From contig OZ024741.1 of the NCBI GenBank assembly GCA_964016885.1, positions 408,394,001 to 408,458,000 of the forward strand: 64,000 bases of DNA, written 5' to 3'. Below are positions 1 to 12,310 of the stretch, one piece after another. The notes under the pieces are model-generated. The model did no database searches, was not told the DNA's origin, and saw only the letters and a program-made list of their open reading frames with translations. Each line of letters opens with the position of its first letter. Within the stretch, counting starts at the first letter, position 1. A program made the translations under genes and the position numbers. Source of the DNA: Eledone cirrhosa (lineage: Eukaryota).

Positions 1-180
1 AAGGTGCTGACACAACCAGGTAACCTCACCTGACACCTCAGTAAGGTGAGGCTAAGGTGCTGACACAACCAGGTAACCTCACCTGACATCTCAGTAAGGT
101 GAGGCTAAGGTGCTGACACAACCAGGTAAACTCACCTGACACCTCAGTAAGGTGAGGCTAATGTGCTGACACAACCAGGA

Positions 181-1130
181 AACCTCAACTGACACCTAAG
201 TAAGGTGAGGCTAAGGTGCTGACAGAACCAGGTAACCTCACCTGACACCTTAGTAAGGTGAAGCTAAGGTGCTGACACAAGCAGGTAACCTCACCTGACA
301 CCTCAGTAAGGTGAGGCTAAGGTGCTGACACAACCAGGTAACCTCACCTGACACCTCAGTAAGGTGAGGCTAAGGTGCTGACACAATCAGGTAACCTCAC
401 CTGACACCTAATTAAGGTAAGGCTAAGGTGCTGATACAACCAGGTAACCTCACCTGACACATCAGTAACGTGAAGCTAAGATGCTGACACAACCAGGTAA
501 GCTCACCTGACACCTTAGTAGGGTTAGGCTAAGGTGTTGACACAACCAGGTAACCTCATCTGACATTTAGTAGGGTGAGGCTAAGGTGCTGACACAACCA
601 GGTAACCTCACCTGACACCTTAGTAGGGTGAGGCTAAGGTGCTGACACAACCAGGTAACCTCAACTGACACCTAAGTAAGGTGAGGCTAAGGTGCTGACA
701 GAACCAGGTAACATCACCTGACACCTTAGTAAGGTGAGGCTAAGGTGCTGACACAACCAGGTAACCTCACCTGACACCTTAGTAAGGTGAGGCTAAGGTG
801 CTGACACAACCAGGTAACCTCACCTGACACCTCAGTAAGGTGAGGCTAAGGTGCTGACACAATCAGGTAACCTCACCTGACACCTAATTAAGGTAAGTCT
901 AAGGTGCTGATACAACCAGGTAACCTCACCTGACACATCAGTAAGGTGAAGCTAAGATGCTGACACAACCAGGTAACCTCACCTGACACCTTAGTAGGGT
1001 TAGGCTAAGGTGTTGACACAACCAGGTAACCTCATCTGACATTTAGTAGGGTGAGGCTAAGGTGCTGACACAACCAGGTAACCTCACCTGACACCTTAGT
1101 AGGGTGAGGCTAAGGTGCTGACACAACCAG
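181..1130. repeat. Local tandem duplication of a 9-monomer block (offset 476 bp)
   Basis: Ordered markers cctcaactgacacctaag, gacagaacc, aatcagg...taattaaggtaa, gctgatac, aagatgct, gggttagg, catttag occur from 181 and again from 657. 476 = 9x53 minus the 1-bp catttag deletion. Confidence 0.85.
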
Positions 1131-2220
1131 GTAACCTCACCTGACACCTCAGTAAGGTGAAGCTAAGGTGCTGACACAACCAGATAACCTCACCTGACAC
1201 CTCAGTAAAGTGAGGCTAAGGTGCTGACACAACCAGGTAACCTCACCTGACACCCCAGTCAGGTGAGGCTAAGGTGCTGACACAAACAGGTAACCTCACC
1301 TGACACCTCAGTAAGGTGAAGCTAAGGTGCTGACACAACCAGGTAACCTCACCTGACACCTCAGTAAAGTGATGCTAAGGTGCTGACATAACCAGGTAAC
1401 CCCACCTGACACCTCAGTAAGGTGAGGCTAAGGTGCTGACACAACCAGGTAACCTCACCTGACACCTCAGTAGGGTGAGGCTAAGGTGTTGACACAACCA
1501 GGTAACCTCATCTGACATTTAGTAGGGTGAGGCTAAGGTGCAGACAAAACCAGGTAACCTCACTTGACACCTCAGTAAAGTTGGGCTAAAGTGCTGACAC
1601 AACCAGGTAACCTCACCTGACACCTCAGTAAGTTGAGGCTAAGGTGCTGACACAACCAGGTAACCTCACCTGACACCTCAGTAAGGTGAGGCTAGGGTGC
1701 TGACACAACCAGGTAACCTCACCTGACACCTCTGTATGGTGAGGCTAAGGTACTGACACAACCAGGGAACATCACCTGACACCTAAGTAAGGTGAGGCTA
1801 AGGTGCTGACACAACCAGGTAACCTCACCTGACACCTCAGTAGGGTGAGGCTAAGGTACTGACACAACCAGGTAACATCACCTGACACCTAAGTAAGGTG
1901 AGGCTAAGGTACTGACACAACCAGGTAACCTCACCTGACACCTAAGTAAGGTGAGGCTAAGGTGCTGACACAACCAGGTAACCTCCCCTGACACCTTAGT
2001 AAGGTGAGGCTAAGGTGACACAACCAGGTAACCTCACCTGACACCTCAGTAAGGTGAGGCTAAGGTGCTGACACAACCAGGTAACCGCACCTGACATCTC
2101 AGTAAGGTGAGGCTAAGGTGCTGACACAACCAGGAACCCTCATGTCACACCTCAGTAAGGTGAGGCTAAGGTGCTGACACAACCAGGTAATCTCATCTGA
2201 CATATCAATAAGGTGAGGCT

Positions 2221-3560
2221 AAGGTGCTTACACAACCAGGTAACCTCACCTGACACCTCAGTAAGGTGAGGCTAAGGTGCTGACACAATCAGGTAACCTC
2301 ATCTGACACCTAATTAAGGTGAGGCTAAGGTGTTGATACAACCAGGTAACCTCACCTGACACATCAGTAAGGTGAAGCTAAGAAGCTGACACAACTAGGT
2401 AACCTCACCTGACAACTTAGTAGGGTTAGGCGAAGGTGTTGACACAACCAGGTAACCTCATCTGACATTTAGTAGGGTGAGGCTAAGGTGCTGACACAAC
2501 CAGGTAACCTCACCTGACACCTTAGTAGGGTGAGGCTAATGTGCTGACACAACCAGGTAACCTCACCTGACACCTTAGTAGGGTGAGGCTAAGGTTCTGA
2601 CATAACCAGGTAACATCACCTGACACCTTTGTAGGGTGAGGCTAAGGTGCTGACACAACCAGGTAACCTCACCTGACAGCTCAGTAAGGTGAGGCTAAGG
2701 TGCTGACACAACCAGGTAACATAAACTGACACCTAAGTAAGGTGAGGCTAAGGTGCTGACACAACCAGGTAACCTCACCTGACACCTAAGTAAGGTGAGG
2801 CTAAGGTACTGACACAACCAGGTAACATCACCTGACACCTAAGTAAGGTGAGGCTAAGGTGCTGACACAACCAGGAACCCTCATGTCACACCTCAGTAAG
2901 GTGAGGCTAAGGTGCTTACACAACCAGGTAACCTCACCTGACACCTCAGTAAGGTGAGGCTAAGGTGCTGACACAATCAGGTAACCTCATCTGACACCTA
3001 ATTAAGGTGAGGCTAAGGTGCTGATACAACCAGGTAACCTCACCTGACACATCAGTAAGGTGAAGCTAAGAAGCTGACACAACTAGGTAACCTCACCTGA
3101 CACCTTAGTAAGGTTAGGCGAAGGTGTTGACACAACCAGGTAACCTCATCTGACATTTAGTAGGGTGAGGCTAAGGTGCTGGCACAACCAGGTAACCTCA
3201 CCTGACACCTTAGTAGGGTGAGGCTAATGTGCTGACACAACCAGGTAACCTCACCTGACACCTAGGTAGGGTGAGGCTAAGGTTCTGACATAACCAGGTA
3301 ACATCACCTGACACCTTTGTAGGGTGAGGCTAAGGTGCTGACACAACCAGGTAACCTCACCTGACACCTCAGTAAGGTGAGGCTAAGGTGCTGACACAAC
3401 CAGGTAACATAAACTGACACCTAAGTAAGGTGAGGCTAAGGTGCTGACACAACCAGGTAACCTCACCTGACACCTAAGTAAGGTGAGGCTAAGGTACTGA
3501 CACAACCAGGTAACATCACCTGACACCTAAGTAAGGTGAGGCTAAGGTGCTGACACAAGC
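2221..3560. repeat. Local tandem duplication of a 13-monomer block (offset 688 bp)
   Basis: aaggtgcttac at 2221/2909 and agaagctgacacaactagg at 2381/3069, followed in both copies by ggcgaaggtgttg, ttctgacata and aacataaactg in the same order. Confidence 0.85.
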
Positions 3561-5058
3561 AGGTAACCTCACCTGACACCTCAGTAAGGTGAGGCTAAGG
3601 TACTGACACAACCAGGTAACATCACCTGACACTTAAGTAAGGTGAGGCTAAGGTGCTGACACAACCAGGTAAGCTCACCTGAGACCTCAGTAAAGTGAGG
3701 CTAAGGTGCTGACACAACCAGGTAACCTCACCTGACACCTCAGTAAGGTGAGGCTAAGGTGCTGACACAACCAGGTAACCTCACCTGACACCTCAGTAGG
3801 GTGAGGCTATGGTACTTACACAACCAGGTAACATCACCTGACACCTAAGTAAGGTGAGGCTAAGGTGCTGCCAGAACCAGGTAACCTCACCTGACACCTC
3901 AGTAAGGTGAGGCTAAGGTGCTGACACAACCAGGTAACCTCACCTGACACCTTAGTAAAGTGAGGCTAAGGTGCTGACACAACCAGGTAACCTCACCTGA
4001 CACCTCAGTAAGGTGAGGCTAAGGTGCTGACACAACCAGGTAACCTCACCTGACACCTCAGTAGGGTGAGGCTATAGTACTGACACAACCAGGTAACATC
4101 ACCTGACACCTAAGTAAGGTGAGGCTAAGGTACTGACACAACCAGGTAATCTCACCTGACACCTAAGTAAGGTGAGGCTAAGGTGCTGACACAACCAGGT
4201 AACCTCACCTGACATCTCAGTAAGGTGAGGCTAAGGTGCTGACACAACCAGGTAACCTCACCTGACATCTCAGTAAGGTGAGGCTAAGGTGCTGACACAA
4301 CCAGGAACCCTCATGCCACACCTCAGTAAGGTGAGGCTAAGGTGCTGACACAACCAGGTAACCTCACCTGACACCTCAGTAAGGTGAGGCTAAGGTGCTG
4401 ACAAAACCAGGTAACCTCACCTGACACCTCAGTAAGGTGAGGCTAAGGTGCTGACACAACCAGGAAACCTCAACTGACACCTAAGTAAGGTGAGGCTAAG
4501 GTGCTGACAGAACCAGGTAACCTCACCTGACACCTTAGTAAGGTGAGGCTAAGGTGCTGACACAACCAGCTAACCTCACCTGACACCTCAGTAAAGTGAG
4601 GCTAAGGTGCTGACACAACCAGGTAACCTCACCTGACACCTTAGTAGGGTGAGGCTAAGGTGCTGACACAACCAGGTAACCTCGCCTGACACCTCAGTAA
4701 AGTGAGGCTAAGGTGCTGACACAACCAGGTAACCTCACCTGACACCTCAGTCAGGTGAGGCTAAGGTGCTGACACAAGCGGGTAACCTCACCTGACACCT
4801 CAGTAAGGTGAGGCTAAGGTGCTGACACAGCCAGGTAACCTCACCTGACACCTCAGTAAGGTGAGGCTAAGGTGCTGACACAACCAGGTAACCTCACCTG
4901 ACACCTCAGTAAGGTGAGGCTAAGGTGCTGACACAACCAGATAACATCACCTGACACCTCAGTAAGGTGAAGCTAAGGTGCTGACGCAACCAGGTAACCT
5001 CACCTGACACCTCAGTAAAGTGAGGCTAAGGTGCTGACACAACCAGGTAACCTCAGCT

Positions 5059-8000
5059 GACACCTCAGTCAGGTGAGGCTAAGATGCTGACGCAAGCAGG
5101 TAACCTCACCTGACACCTCAGTAAGGTGAAGCTAAGGTGCTGACACAACCAGGTAACCTCACCTGTCACCTCAGTAAAGTGATGCTAAGGTGCTGACACA
5201 ACCAGGTAACCTCACCTGACACCTCAGTAGGGTGAGGCTAAGGTGCTGACACAACCAGGTAACCTCACCTGACACCTCAGTAAAGTGAGACTAAGGTGCT
5301 GACGCAACCAGGTAACCTCACCTGACACCTCAGTAAGGTGAAGCTAAGGTGCTGACACAACCAGGTAACCTCACCTGACACCTCAGTAAAGTGATGCTAA
5401 GGTGCTGACACAACCAGGTAACCTCACCTGACACCTCAGTCAGGTGAGGCTAAGGTGCTGACACAACCAGGTAACCTCACCTGACACCTCAGTAAGTTGA
5501 GGCTAAGGTGCTGACACAACCAGGTAACCTCACCTGACACCTCAGTAAGGTGAGGCTAGGGTGCTGACACAACCAGGTAACCTCACCTGACACCTTAGTA
5601 AGGTGATGCTAAGGTGCTGACACAACCAGGTAACCTCACCTGACACCTCAGTAGGGTGAGGCTAAGGTACTGACACAACCAGGTAACATCACCTGACACC
5701 TCAGTAGGGTGAGGCTAAGGTACTGACACAACCAGGTAACATCACCTGACACCTAAGTAAGGTGAGGCTAAGTTACTGACACAACCAGGTAACCTCACCT
5801 GACACCTAAGTAAGGTGAGGCTAAGGTGCTGACACAACCAGGTAACCTCCCCTGACACCTTAGTAAGGTGAGGCTAAGGTGACACAACCAGGTAACCTCA
5901 CCTGACACCTCAGTAAGGTGAGGCTAAGGTGCTGACACAACCAGGTAACCGCACCTGACATCTCAGTAAGGTGAGGCTAAGGTGCTGACACAACCAGGAA
6001 CCCTCTGTCACACCTCAGTAAGGTGAGGCTAAGGTGCTGACACAACCAGGTAATCTCATCTGACATATCAGTAAGGTGAGGCAAAGGTGCTGCCACAATC
6101 AGGTAACCTCACCTGACACCTAATTAAGGTGAGGCTAAGGTGCTGACACAATCAGGTAACCTCACCTGACACCTAATTAAGGTGAGGCTAAGGTGCTGAT
6201 ACAACCAGGTAACCTCACCTGACACCTAATGAAGGTGAGGCTAAGGTGCTGACACAACCAGGTAACCTCACCTGACACATCAGTAAGGTGAAGCTAAGAA
6301 GCTGACACAACTAGGTAACCTCACCTGACACCTTAGTAGGGTTAGGCGAAGGTGTTGACACAACCAGGTAACCTCATCTGACATTTAGTAGGGTGAGGCT
6401 AAGGTGCTGACACAACCAGGTAACCTCACCTGACACCTTAGTAGCGTGAGGCTAATGTGCTGCCACAACCAGGTAACCTCACCTGACACCTTTGTAGGGT
6501 GAGGCTAAGATGCTGACACAACCAGGTAACCTCACCTGACACCTCAGTAAGGTGAGGCTAAGGTGCTGACACAACCAGGTAACATAAACTGACACCTAAG
6601 TAAGGTGAGGCTAAGGTGCTGACACAACCAGGTAACCTCACCTGACACCTAAGTAAGGTGAGGCTAAGGTACTGACACAACCAGGTAACATCACCTGACA
6701 CCTAAGTAAGGTGAGGCTAAGGTGCTGACACAAGCAGATAACCTCACCTGACACCTCAGTAAGGTGAGGCTAAGGTACTGACACAACCAGGTAACATCAC
6801 CTGACACTTAAGTAAGGTGAGGCTAAGGTGCTGACACAACCAGGTAACCTCACCTGACACCTCAGTAGGGTGAGGCTATGGTACTGACACAACCAGGTAA
6901 CATCACCTGACACCTAAGTAAGGTGAGGCTAAGGTGCTGACAGAACCAGGTAACCTCACCTGACACCTCAGTAAGGTGAGGCTAAGGTGCTGACACAACC
7001 AGGTAACCTCACCTGACACCTTAGTAAAGTGAGGCTAAGGTGCTGACACAACCAGGTAACCTCACCTGACACCTTAGTAGGGTGAGGCTAAGGTGCTGAC
7101 ACAACCAGGTAACCTCACCTGACACCTTAGTAGGGTGAGGCTAAGGTGCTGACACAACCAGGTAACCTCACCTGACACCTCAGTAAAGTGAGGCTAAGGT
7201 GCTGACACAACCAGGTAACCTCACCTGACACCTCAGTCAGGTGAGGCTAAGGTGCTGACACAAGCAGGTAACCTCACCTGACACCTCAGCAAGGTGAGGC
7301 TCAGGTGCTGACACAACCAGGTAATCCTCACCTGACACCTCAGTAAGGTGAGGCTAAGGTGCTGACACAACCAGGTAACCTCACCTGACACCTCAGTAAG
7401 GTGAGGCTAAGGTGCTGACACAATCAGTTAACCTCACCTGACACCTTAGTAGAGTGAGGCTAAGGTGCTGACACAACCAGGTAACCTCATCTGACACCTC
7501 AGTAAGGTGAAGCTAAGGTGCTGACACAACCAGGTAACCTCACCTGACACCTCAGTAAAGTGAGGCTAAGGTGCTGACAAAACCAGGTAACCTCACCTGA
7601 CACCTTAGTCAGGTGAGGCTAAGGTGCTGACACAAGCAGGTAACCTCACCTGACACCTCAGTAAGGTGAAGCTAAGGTGCTGACACAACCAGGTAACCTC
7701 ACCTGTCACCTCAGTAAAGTGATGCTAAGGTGCTGACACAACCAGGTAACCTCACCTGACACCTCAGTAGGGTGAGGCTAAGGTGCTGACACAACCAGGT
7801 AACCTCACCTGACACCTCAGTAAAGTGAGGCTAAGGTGCTGACACAACCAGGTAACCTCACCTGACACCTCAGTAAGGTGAAGCTAAGGTGCTGACACAA
7901 CCAGGTAACCTCACCTGACACCTCAGTAAAGTGATGCTAAAGTGCTGACACAACCAGGTAACCTCACCTGACACCTCAGTCAGTTGAGGCTAAGGTGCTG

Positions 8001-11000
8001 ACACAACCAGGTAACCTCACCTGACACCTCAGTAAGTTGAGGCTAAGGTGCTGACACAACCAGGTAACCTCACCTGACACCTCAGTAAGGTGAGGCTAGG
8101 GTGCTGACACAACCAGGTAACCTCACCTGACACCTTAGTAAGGTGATGCTAAGGTGCTGACACAACCAGGTAACCTCACCTGACACCTCAGTAGGGTGAG
8201 GCTAAGGTACTGACACAACCAGGTAACATGACCTGACACCTCAGTAGGGTGAGGCTAAGGTACTGACACAACCAGGTAACATCACCTGACACCTAAGTAA
8301 GGTGAGGCTAAGGTACTGACACAACCAGGTAAGCTCACCTGACACCTAAGTAAGGTGAGGCTAAGGTGCTGACACAACCAGGTAACCTCCCCTGACACCT
8401 TAGTAAGGTGAGGCTAAGGTGACACAACCAGGTAACCTCACCTGACACCTCAGTAAGGTGAGGCTAAGGTGATGACACAACCAGGTAACCTCACCTGACA
8501 CCTCAGTAAGGTGAGGCAAAGGTGCTGACACAACCAGGAACCCTCTGTCACACCTCAGTAAGGTGAGGCTAAGGTGCTGACACAACCAGGGAATCTCATC
8601 TGACATATCAGTAAGGTGAGGCAAAGGTGCTGACACAATCAGGTAACCTCACCTGACACCTAATTAAGGTGAGGCTAAGGTGCTGACACAATCAGGTAAC
8701 CTCACCTGACACCTAATTAAGGTGAGGCTAAGGTGCTGATACAACCAGGTAACCTCACCTGACACCTCAGTCAGGTGAGGCTAAGATGCTGACGCAAGCA
8801 GGTAACCTCACCTGACACCTCAGTAAGGTGAAGCTAAGGTGCTGACACAACCAGGTAACCTCACCTGTCACCTCAGTAAAGTGATGCTAAGGTGCTGACA
8901 CAACCAGGTAACCTCACCTGACACCTCAGTAGGGTGAGGCTAAGGTGCTGACACAACCAGGTAACCTCACCTGACACCTCAGTAAAGTGAGACTAAGGTG
9001 CTGACGCAACCAGGTAACCTCACCTGACACCTCAGTAAGGTGAAGCTAAGGTGCTGACACAACCAGGTAACCTCACCTGACACCTCAGTAAAGTGATGCT
9101 AAGGTGCTGACACAACCAGGTAACCTCACCTGACACCTCAGTCAGGTGAGGCTAAGGTGCTGACACAACCAGGTAACCTCACCTGACACCTCAGTAAGTT
9201 GAGGCTAAGGTGCTGACACAACCAGGTAACCTCACCTGACACCTCAGTAAGGTGAGGCTAGGGTGCTGACACAACCAGGTAACCTCACCTGACACCTTAG
9301 TAAGGTGATGCTAAGGTGCTGACACAACCAGGTAACCTCACCTGACACCTCAGTAGGGTGAGGCTAAGGTACTGACACAACCAGGTAACATCACCTGACA
9401 CCTCAGTAGGGTGAGGCTAAGGTGACACAACCAGGTAACCTCACCTGACACCTCAGTAAGGTGAGGCTAAGGTGCTGACACAACCAGGTAACCGCACCTG
9501 ACATCTCAGTAAGGTGAGGCTAAGGTGCTGACACAACCAGGAACCCTCTGTCACACCTCAGTAAGGTGAGGCTAAGGTGCTGACACAACCAGGTAATCTC
9601 ATCTGACATATCAGTAAGGTGAGGCAAAGGTGCTGCCACAATCAGGTAACCTCACCTGACACCTAATTAAGGTGAGGCTAAGGTGCTGACACAATCAGGT
9701 AACCTCACCTGACACCTAATTAAGGTGAGGCTAAGGTGCTGATACAACCAGGTAACCTCACCTGACACCTAATGAAGGTGAGGCTAAGGTGCTGACACAA
9801 CCAGGTAACCTCACCTGACACATCAGTAAGGTGAAGCTAAGAAGCTGACACAACTAGGTAACCTCACCTGACACCTTAGTAGGGTTAGGCGAAGGTGTTG
9901 ACACAACCAGGTAACCTCATCTGACATTTAGTAGGGTGAGGCTAAGGTGCTGACACAACCAGGTAACCTCACCTGACACCTTAGTAGCGTGAGGCTAATG
10001 TGCTGCCACAACCAGGTAACCTCACCTGACACCTTTGTAGGGTGAGGCTAAGATGCTGACACAACCAGGTAACCTCACCTGACACCTCAGTAAGGTGAGG
10101 CTAAGGTGCTGACACAACCAGGTAACATAAACTGACACCTAAGTAAGGTGAGGCTAAGGTGCTGACACAACCAGGTAACCTCACCTGACACCTAAGTAAG
10201 GTGAGGCTAAGGTACTGACACAACCAGGTAACATCACCTGACACCTAAGTAAGGTGAGGCTAAGGTGCTGACACAAGCAGATAACCTCACCTGACACCTC
10301 AGTAAGGTGAGGCTAAGGTACTGACACAACCAGGTAACATCACCTGACACTTAAGTAAGGTGAGGCTAAGGTGCTGACACAACCAGGTAACCTCACCTGA
10401 CACCTCAGTAGGGTGAGGCTATGGTACTGACACAATCAGGTAACATCACCTGACACCTAAGTAAGGTGAGGCTAAGGTGCTGACAGAACCAGGTAACCTC
10501 ACCTAACACCTCAGTAAGGTGAGGCTAAGGTGCTGACACAACCAGGTAACCTCACCTGACACCTTAGTAAAGTGAGGCTAAGGTGCTGACACAACCAGGT
10601 AACCTCACCTGACACCTTAGTAGGGTGAGGCTAAGGTGCTGACACAACCAGGTAACCTCACCTGACACCTTAGTAGGGTGAGGCTAAGGTGCTGACACAA
10701 CCAGGTAACCTCACCTGACACCTCAGTAAAGTGAGGCTAAGGTGCTGACACAACCAGGTAACCTCACCTGACACCTCAGTCAGGTGAGGCTAAGGTGCTG
10801 ACACAAGCAGGTAACCTCACCTGACACCTCAGCAAGGTGAGGCTAAGGTGCTGACACAACCAGGTAATCCTCACCTGACACCTCAGTAAGGTGAGGCTAA
10901 GGTGCTGACACAACCAGGTAACCTCACCTGACACCTCAGTAAGGTGAGGCTAAGGTGCTGACACAATCAGTTAACCTCACCTGACACCTTAGTAGAGTGA

Positions 11001-12310
11001 GGCTAAGGTGCTGACACAACCAGGTAACCTCATCTGACACCTCAGTAAGGTGAAGCTAAGGTGCTGACACAACCAGGTAACCTCACCTGACACCTCAGTA
11101 AAGTGAGGCTAAGGTGCTGACAAAACCAGGTAACCTCACCTGACACCTCAGTCAGGTGAGGCTAAGGTGCTGACACAAGCAGGTAACCTCACCTGACACC
11201 TCAGTAAGGTGAAGCTAAGGTGCTGACACAACCAGGTAACCTCACCTGTCACCTCAGTAAAGTGATGCTAAGGTGCTGACACAACCAGGTAACCTCACCT
11301 GACACCTCAGTAGGGTGAGGCTAAGGTGCTGACACAACCAGGTAACCTCACCTGACACCTCAGTAAAGTGAGGCTAAGGTGCTGACACAACCAGGTAACC
11401 TCACCTGACACCTCAGTAAGGTGAAGCTAAGGTGCTGACACAACCAGGTAACCTCACCTGACACCTCAGTAAAGTGATGCTAAGGTGCTGACACAACCAG
11501 GTAACCTCACCTGACACCTCAGTCAGTTGAGGCTAAGGTGCTGACACAACCAGGTAACCTCACCTGACACCTCAGTAAGTTGAGGCTAAGGTGCTGACAC
11601 AACCAGGTAACCTCACCTGACACCTCAGTAAGGTGAGGCTAGGGTGCTGACACAACCAGGTAACCTCACCTGACACCTTAGTAAGGTGATGCTAAGGTGC
11701 TGACACAACCAGGTAACCTCACCTGACACCTCAGTAGGGTGAGGCTAAGGTACTGACACAACCAGGTAACATGACCTGACACCTCAGTAGGGTGAGGCTA
11801 AGGTACTGACACAACCAGGTAACATCACCTGACACCTAAGTAAGGTGAGGCTAAGGTACTGACACAACCAGGTAAGCTCACCTGACACCTAAGTAAGGTG
11901 AGGCTAAGGTGCTGACACAACCAGGTAACCTCCCCTGACACCTTAGTAAGGTGAGGCTAAGGTGACACAACCAGGTAACCTCACCTGACACCTCAGTAAG
12001 GTGAGGCTAAGGTGATGACACAACCAGGTAACCTCACCTGACACCTCAGTAAGGTGAGGCAAAGGTGCTGACACAACCAGGAACCCTCTGTCACACCTCA
12101 GTAAGGTGAGGCTAAGGTGCTGACACAACCAGGGAATCTCATCTGACATATCAGTAAGGTGAGGCAAAGGTGCTGACACAATCAGGTAACCTCACCTGAC
12201 ACCTAATTAAGGTGAGGCTAAGGTGCTGACACAATCAGGTAACCTCACCTGACACCTAATTAAGGTGAGGCTAAGGTGCTGATACAACCAGGTAACCTCA
12301 CCTGACACCT
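5059..12310. repeat. Tandem duplication of a 70-monomer (3,702-bp) unit; second copy lacks 3 monomers
   Basis: 5059 onward matches 8761 onward (aagatgctgacgcaagcagg, gagactaagg; offset 3702). After loss of about 5720-5878 the offset is 3543: 1-bp insertion gtaatcctc at 7321/10864, identical ORF translations at 8400/11943. Confidence 0.9.
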
